A stretch of 55,034 nt of DNA, the filler included, from Sphacelaria rigidula (Eukaryota): NCBI GenBank assembly GCA_964200075.2. It is 5 parts of 5 records of this genome, joined end to end, with 100 filler letters (N's around TTAATTAATTAA, not from the genome) between each part and the next. Parts side by side here need not be neighbours in the genome. Positions count along the whole stretch, not along the records: positions 44,109 to 55,034 come from CAXNAA020005664.1; 4 more parts are not named here. One strand, 5' to 3'. A program made the translations under genes and the position numbers. Under the pieces are notes generated by a model. It was not told the DNA's origin. It ran no database searches and saw nothing but the letters and a program-made list of their open reading frames with translations. This document shows, piece by piece, positions 48,301 to 55,034 of this stretch. Position 1 is the stretch's first letter, and each line of letters starts with the position of its first letter.

Positions 48301-51300
48301 CCACATCCTCATATAAGCTTGCATGTAATGTGGGTGCAAACGTACATCAGGTTGTGATATGTATGGTATATATATAGAGAGAGAATATTTCGAACTCACG
48401 AGCGTGAAGCATACTTTGTAACGAGGCGTCCACGAGATTTATTGCTGATTTTAGTGTGCAAGTTCCTCCGCACCCGCCCCGGGAGATGACTGTCCGGGCC
48501 AATGCCAATGCTAGGGTCCCGGTTAGCGCATTCGTGCTTTACTTTGTGCGGGGGTACACATGCGTTCGCGACCGTTCGAATGGACGCGCGATCGCGCTGG
48601 TCCGGCAATGTTCCCGGCGGGCATGAGCATTTCGAGAGAGGATCTATTCTCACGAGGGCCTGGCAAGGCAAGAATACCGACACCCTCGAAAAAGACGGAC
48701 GGGACCGGGGCGTATCCCCGGGTCCCGTGCGGCTTTATATATATATATATATATATATACGTGGGTGTGGGTCTGCTGCATGAATAACGAGAGCACTTCG
48801 AGTGAAATTTGCTGCCTGCATCCACGCCTCAGAGTGAATGAACGTGGCTCCTTCGTACAAGCAGTGGCTGTCTCGAAGCATTCCATTCGTCCACCTCCCC
48901 CTCCCCCTCCCCCCGCGTATCGTAGGGCCGCTCCTAGGTGAACACAGGAGGCAGTAACGTAACCCGGTGATAGATAACCCTCTCTTGCGGGGTGCAGCAG
49001 CGCAAGGAGAGCTGAGGGTGCCCGCGTACGGCGCACCCGCTACAACAGTAGCGAGATTGTTGACGAGACAAGCGAGGTCCACAGTTAGCTCGTTGGCGTT
49101 GGCTCCGATTTGATGCCGTTGCCTGTTTTTAGGGTTGCCACCAGGGCGGACTTGTACCTCCGTCTTTTGTACATCCAGTAGCAATCGGAGTTGCGGGCCT
49201 CCGTACTAACGCGAGCACCCAAAGTAGCTGCTACGGCATTATCATAATTATTTTCATCACATTGGCTCGATCTCTCGAACCCGTGGTCACAAAGTGCAAG
49301 AAGCATACCGTCTATACCCAAAAATCAAACGACCAACCGAGGAAGTTGAGGAACAAACCATCTGTGACTAACAGCGGTTACATATTTCGTACAGCAGCTG
49401 ATCACTTAATGCGCAACAACCAAATCAAATCGGTCACTCCGCCAATCCACCAATCCATTAAAATCAATCAATCAATCGACCATACATTCGGTCAGTAGCC
49501 AATGTAGCTCCCCTGACCCCTCCCCTCCACCTCCAACACGCGTTTGGGCAATCCGTCTCTTCTGCGCAAAAGGTATATTTCGGCAAGCCTTCCAATCTCC
49601 CCGCGTACTGCAGCAGCCTTGGAAAGCCGCCACCCCCTTTTAGCAACATCGCAGAGTTCTTCCTCGAGGTGGTGGACGAGTTCGAAGCCAGCGACAATGT
49701 CAAGGTGCGGTGACCTCTTGATTACGTTCAAGTTTTGCTTGGTTTTTGCGCCTTGGTCGTTGACGGACCCTCTTCCCGTGCGTGATTTTTCGCGATCACT
49801 TGTTATTTATTTATGTATCTATTAATTATTTTCATCGCACTTTGAACCCCTCCCCTCCCTCGGGATAAGTCCGTGGTCTAACAGTCTCAAGGCATCAACC
49901 CATCACTCCCCCGGTACGCGCCTTTCAGTTTGGTCTCGCGGATTGAGTCAGCACTCCCGCACCGCGTCAACTCACGTCACACGAACCCAGTCGTCTACTT
50001 TGTTTACTCACGTTCTCACGCTTTCCACGGTGGAAACGATACATTCGAAGGAAAAACCCAACGCATTGGAAATCGAACCCCCGTTCTCTCCACCCTGTGA
50101 CGAAAATACGCCGTGCGTTGCGTTGGTAGTGATGATATGGATAATGACTAGGTGCACGGAGATTCTGGAGGGTTCTGGATATTTATTTATATATATTTTC
50201 GGAAATATGGTCAAGAAAAGAACGTGCGTTTTTTCGGGTTGCGATGATCAAACAGGCATTGATTGGTCGAGCATCTTTTGCTGGGATTAATGTTCACCAG
50301 ATCGATTGGGTGACGAATTCTCGCACATTTACGGATTCGGCACGACTCCTGTCGTTGCTGATCACACAAGATGGACGCAGGATTTGACACGATGATGATT
50401 TCGAAAATTTGCACAAATTTATTGTATTTTCGCTTTCAACGATAAATCAGGCATTGGCCGAGCACCATCAGGAGGAGCTGCGCATGAGAGCACCCTCCGC
50501 GGTCGACGGCGACCAAAAGCCGGCTGAAGTGAACGGCCACCACGACTACGCGAATTCCATGTTTAAAGAAGTAATCATTCTTCTTCGGCGACAGGCAAGT
50601 AGAATACATGTATGCTCCTTGTGTCTCATGTTATTTTCCATTTTTTATTTTTATTTTTTTATCTCCTTTTTGTTTCTTCATTTTTTATTTCATGTTTGTC
50701 GGGTTTCCCCCCCCCTTTTTTATTTTATTTTTTGTCCGCCGGGTTTCCTTTGAAGAACTAATTTTCGTTCTTGTCTCGCTATGGGGTGTTCGTCGTGCGT
50801 ATAATCATGTGACCACCTCGCGGATTCCGTAGCGAATGACTTCATGCGAGACAACCTACTGTACTTTTTTTTCAACTAGTCGATTTTCACCCTCGTGCTT
50901 CTCCTCTCCTCGGGTAAGAGTCCACACGTGAAGTGTCGAGAGACGATCCGATCTCCTTGCTGGCTCTTCCGTTGCGCTTTGTTATCGAGGGCTGGATCGG
51001 CACGTCCTCGCAGCCCGTCGAATTTACAGCGCCTTCCGTTGAAATAATAGACAGTGGAGAACAAGCCTTTGTTTGGACGGCCAGTTGATCATACCCCCTT
51101 TCGTTAACTTTCGAGCTACCTACTAGTTAGCTAGCTACAGTCCGTTTTTTTCCTAACTTGAAAAAGATTAGGCCACAAACGGAGACGTTTTTTAGTTGAT
51201 CTTACAGTAGCGTAGGGGAACGAATTCCTGTGCAGGAAAAAATTATCGATGTTTTTGTGATCAACGCGTTCAACGCAAGTCTTTTCAGGTCACATTTTCA

Positions 51301-54300
51301 CATTTGAACCCCCCCGTAGTCTCAGAAATGGATCTATCCCTCGCGCGGTACACGCCTTCCATTATGTTTTGGTCGCGGAGTGAGTGGTCAGCATCCCGGC
51401 ACCGTGTCGACTCTCATAAGACAACAAATCACGTACGTGCTCGCGTACGTCATGGCGCTTTCAACAGCGAAAATCAGATACTTCGCAGAAATTCCTTCAT
51501 CATCGAAAAAACTAAAAGCATCTAGTGGGAACCGAATTCACATTCTCTCCGACGTGATGACGTCGGGTGTGAACCTTTTTTTTCCGGTTGTGAGTGTGCT
51601 TCTTGTAACCCGTCCTTCCGTCATTAGATAGTTTGCACAATAGTTCTGTTGGCGGTACAGCGTTTTTCGCTGTCGAGAAGGTCGAGCCTGGAAAAAAGAA
51701 CTTCCGGCGGAAAGGGGGGGCAGGTAGCAGTGGCATCCTTGGTGTTCTGCTAAATCAGTGACCTACGAAGACTGATGTACGCAGTGCAATTGTACGAAGT
51801 TGTGGAATAGTCCATTCGTCGCAGCTCTTGATCTGATATATCATGTGATTGAATCATATATGTATCGTGAGTTGCACCGACTGTATTTCACTCTCCTTTG
51901 CATGTAACACCGCGCCTCTCGGAGAGTGATGAAATGACGACATCCTCGTGACCCCCGCCCTGCAGTGGCTTAACGTGGTGAGGACGCCCGAGCTCGCCGT
52001 GGTTCGCGTCGGGGTGGCGTGTATGGTTGCTTTGGTGCTGGGGTCGCTGTTCTGGCAGACCAACGTCGACCAGGGAGGGTTAAGGAAACGATTGAGCTAC
52101 TTCGCCTATGGTGAGTGTATAAGTGTGTCATGCTCCAGTGTGTGCGCGTATCACACTCGTGTTTGCTATTTTTCTGCCAATGTGTGTGTTACTTCGCCTT
52201 GAGTGTGTCGTACTCCGAGTGTCGTACTCCAGTGCGCGTGTCTGTGTGTGTTGTCGTCTCATATCTGTTCTGAACGCCAGTCTACGTCTTTCGGTATATG
52301 TGGGCGCACCGGCCGGGGTCACACAGGAGGAAGGTCAACACAGGAGTTTCTTTTTATTTGATTTTAGTGACTCACCTTCCTTCTGCGGTGCTTGCCTTAA
52401 TTTTTTTATCGCGAGAGGGGTCCAACAGTCTCTTTCCCTCGTCGACCGTTGAGTCGAATTTTGTGTACCCACGATATATTCGCTCTCCACTGTTGGGCAT
52501 GGTGTGAGACAAAATCCCAGATCGCTCCGAGATTTGAACCCACAACCCAACTGTCAGAGGGTTTCGAGGTTACCAACTGAGCCACCTGGGCGATCGGCTT
52601 GTGCGCGTGCGAAGTGCCATGCTCCATTTTATATGTGTTTCAGTAATTCGTCTACGCTGTGTTATCCTCCAGTGTTTTTTTTTTACTTCGCCTCGCGTGT
52701 TTCATACTCCCAACATGTGTCATATTCCAGTGTTTCAAAGCATCCGATGGGACTGAACGAACGCCCTATGCTGTGCACTGCCGTGCGTGTTTCATGACTG
52801 CGCGCGCGATCCTACTGCAAAAATAGGACTCTGCGTGACGTCCCGGAGATGTCCGTTGCCCCGGCCTCGTACACAACATCCAGTAGGGGCGCCCGACACG
52901 ATAAAACTGTGTCGTCTCGACGAAGGGAGGAAATAACGCCTCGGTTCCCCTACTTCCGCTGAGTCTATATCAATGGTTCTGCCCGAAAGCAACAGTCTAG
53001 GGTGTTCTTGGGTCAGATCATCCACTGTCGAATAGTTGTGAACATCGCCCGCGCAATATTCACCTGTTTAAAGTACATGAAGATGCCCTGCAGTAAATAT
53101 ACTGCGGAGGGTGTCCCACCAACCTCTCGTCCTCCAAAAAGTAAAGAATACCCCCGTCCCTGTCCCCGCCCCTGTACCCCTCTCACTTGGGTTTCTGTTG
53201 TGTGTTGGTTCAACCGGAAAGAAATGTAGAACTGTCGACCCCCTGAGCGCAAATGCCGTCGAGACTCGCCCAAACAGTTTCTTTCCGTCGTCGGGCGTAC
53301 TTTGTCGTTGTCCAATACCTAGCAGGTATCAAAAAGTCGTTTACACTCTTCAATAACAATGTGTTGAAAAAAGGAAAATAAAATAATACCGTTCGGTTTC
53401 CGTTTGGAACTGCAGAAAAAAAACACGCTACCTGTAGGGAATTTTCAACTGCTGTCTGTCCGGTTACAGAGTAAAGGAATATTATTCACCTATCTTCGGT
53501 AAAACTCCTAGGCAGGAAACCACCAATCTCCACATGCAGGGTTCCAATATAGAGCAACTCCAGCACATGTCTACGAAGGGTATTTCTTTCAGCATGTGAA
53601 AGTAAGTGCGCATCGCGGCTGCAGCAAAGTAACGCCCCCTGCGGGGTAAGGGTTAGGTTAGATTCCATATGCCGGTCTAGTTGAGGGAGGGGTCGGTGAC
53701 GTCAAGGTGGGGTTTGTGGGAGAAAATGGCGTACGCTCCCTGCACCAGAGGAGTACAAACATGGATATATATGCATATTAACAGTAATTTGTTGTTGAAC
53801 ACATCGTTAACCGCCTCCATTATGGTGTGATTGCCCGGGAGACTTGGTCATTCGACCGCGGGTCTGGCTGAAAGGGCTGATGTGATGGGGGTGCAAACAA
53901 ATATCACTGGACCTTTGACCATACCTGAAGTTCGTCCGTACCAAATATTTATGCAGTATCTATGCCGCCCTTCCCCCCCCCCCCGTCCACGCCCCAAACC
54001 GTGTTACCCTGCAGCGCTCGCGTTGTTTTTGTTTACCTCTCTTGAGGCCCTGCCAATTTTCCTCCAGGAGCAGTCGATCTACACAAGGGAGCACAGCCGT
54101 GGGGCGTACCGCGTGATTTCGTACTCGCTGACGAACTTCCTCATCTATTTGCCCGTGTGCCTCGCCATGTCTGTGGCATTCACGGGCATCAGCTACTTCA
54201 TGATTGATCTGCCACCGACGGGTTTCGGCTTGCAGGTGCTGGCGATATTCATGACGCTGCTCGAGGGAAATGCGTTCGCAACTTGCGTGTCTGGCTATGC

Positions 54301-55029
54301 GCCGGACCCGCTCACGGTGAGAAAATGAAGTGACAAGGTGCATATATATACCCTGATCACAGCGAGGTAGTTTTCAATTTGTTTTTCATGCAGGACAATC
54401 TGTGAAATGAAAATTCATTAGATAGAAAGCAAAGCAGGAAGCATCAACACAAGGGTCTTGGAAAACCAAAAAGACCGAAGCATGTGGGAAAAGTTGTGAT
54501 CAAGTGTGATCCCTCTTTGCGAACTGATGAAATTTCACAACAAACCGAGTGGTACCCCTTACCCCCCCCCCCCCTCTCCCCCCGGTCTCCTTCCGCTCTT
54601 GTTCAGGGTAACGGTGCGGGTACCGCTCTGCTGGCCTTCATGTTCCTATTTAGTGGCTTCTTTGTGCCATACGAGTCCATTCCTAAGGGCTGGCGATGGT
54701 TTAGCGCCCTGTCCATGTTCAAGTACCCGCTGGAGGGAATGATTGTGAACATGCTGGACGAGGAGGAAGACAGAGATTCGGTGCGTGATTTTCTCCTACA
54801 TCGCCCGACTTTCTTGCCCCTTGTTTCTCTTGTGTATTTTTTTCTCCCGTTGTTCCTCTTATGTCTGTCTCATTACTTTTACTTTTATTTCTCGTTCATT
54901 GTTCGTGGTTTCTCTTTATCTGTTTCTTTCCCCGTCATACTCTGACCTCCTCCCCCCTCCCCCCCCCCCTCCTCGTCTCTACAGGGATGCCGTGGCCTGG
55001 GTGGAACGACCCAGGCAGGCAACCAAAGG
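45313..55029 (+). CDS. ABC transporter G family (White/ABCG-type NBD-TMD), partial spliced gene; Walker A and most of the signature motif are missing from this scaffold
   Basis: Eight phase-compatible exons: 45313-45396, 47652-47794, 49573-49704, 50451-50594, 51966-52110, 54015-54316, 54607-54780, 54985-55029 (last tentative). Confidence 0.92.
47652..47794 (+). CDS. ABCG exon: D-loop end and H-loop (DSTTA...TIHQPS...MFLSRGQM)
   Basis: cag|AC...ATG|gtgagt. Confidence 0.93.
47961..48244 (-). mobile_element. tRNA-derived SINE-like element in ABCG intron
   Basis: Minus-strand B-box-like GGTTTGATTCC at ~48172-48182; body agtccgtggtc...tcagcactcccg.accgcgtcaactc shared with 49847-50100 and ~51307-51425. 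Confidence 0.62.
48736..48759. repeat. (TA)n microsatellite preceded by a GC-rich hairpin (48699-48728)
   Basis: acgggaccgggg-cgtat-ccccgggtcccgt followed by a (ta) run. Confidence 0.8.
49573..49704 (+). CDS. ABCG exon VYFGKPSNLPAYCSSLGKPPPPFSNIAEFFLEVVDEFEASDNVK (not in the ORF track in this frame)
   Basis: aag|GTA...AAG|gtgcgg; VYFG and NxAEF motifs. Confidence 0.9.
49847..50100 (-). mobile_element. SINE-like element, same family
   Basis: Minus-strand GGTTCGATTTCC at ~50068-50079 plus shared body. Confidence 0.62.
50451..50594 (+). CDS. ABCG linker exon ending at a GC donor
   Basis: cag|GCA...YANSMFKEVIILLRRQ|gcaagt. Confidence 0.82.
51966..52110 (+). CDS. ABCG exon TM1 (WLNVVRTPEL...LGSLFWQ)
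   Basis: cag|TGG...TATG|gtgagt. Confidence 0.92.
52311..52593 (-). mobile_element. tRNA-derived SINE with intact A and B boxes
   Basis: Minus strand: A box TGGCTCAGTTGG (52573-52584), B box GGTTCAAATC (52531-52540); body repeated at 21771-21956. Confidence 0.82.
54015..54316 (+). CDS. ABCG exon (ALPIFLQEQSIYTREHSRGAY...)
   Basis: cag|CG...ACG|gtgaga; typical ABC2-membrane motif. Confidence 0.93.
54607..54780 (+). CDS. ABCG exon (FMFLFSGFF...IPKGWRW...SMFKYPLEG)
   Basis: cag|GGT...TCG|gtgcgt. Confidence 0.92.
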
Positions 55030-55034
55030 GTACG

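Noticed and set aside
52520..52593. tRNA gene
   Set aside because: A and B boxes are present but there is no convincing cloverleaf, and it continues into a repeated body; SINE head
14338..55029. Lipase + Ca2+ exchanger + ABCG as a lipid-export gene cluster
   Set aside because: The three genes lie on different concatenated scaffolds

Overview
Eukaryotic, intron-rich, repeat-dense genomic DNA, most consistent with a brown alga (Phaeophyceae). That assignment is inferred from gene architecture and repeat types, not proven. The window is not one locus: four identical 100-bp linkers (N44-TTAATTAATTAA-N44) join five scaffolds of 10929, 10927, 10926, 10926 and 10926 bp, which points to size-sorted concatenation, so neighbourhood across linkers is meaningless. 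Three host genes are supported, all incomplete: (1) a class-3 lipase on the minus strand with an intact Ser-Asp-His triad but an in-frame TGA that alternative splice sites could bypass; (2) the 5' part of an NCKX/SLC24-type cation exchanger; (3) the 3' part of an ABCG transporter with a GC-AG intron. The rest is transposon and satellite sequence: a decayed near-full-length RTE-type LINE, a second LINE 3' fragment, a DIRS/Ngaro-like RT-RNase H relic, tRNA-derived SINEs, mariner deletion derivatives, piggyBac-like and Sola-like MITEs, MITEs with AAC...GTT ends and 4-bp TSDs, long foldbacks, and ~175-bp and 63-bp satellites. I see no convincing novel multi-gene system. The best leads are the lipase stop with its possible splice rescue, the unclassified AAC...GTT transposon families, and satellites arising from dispersed elements.
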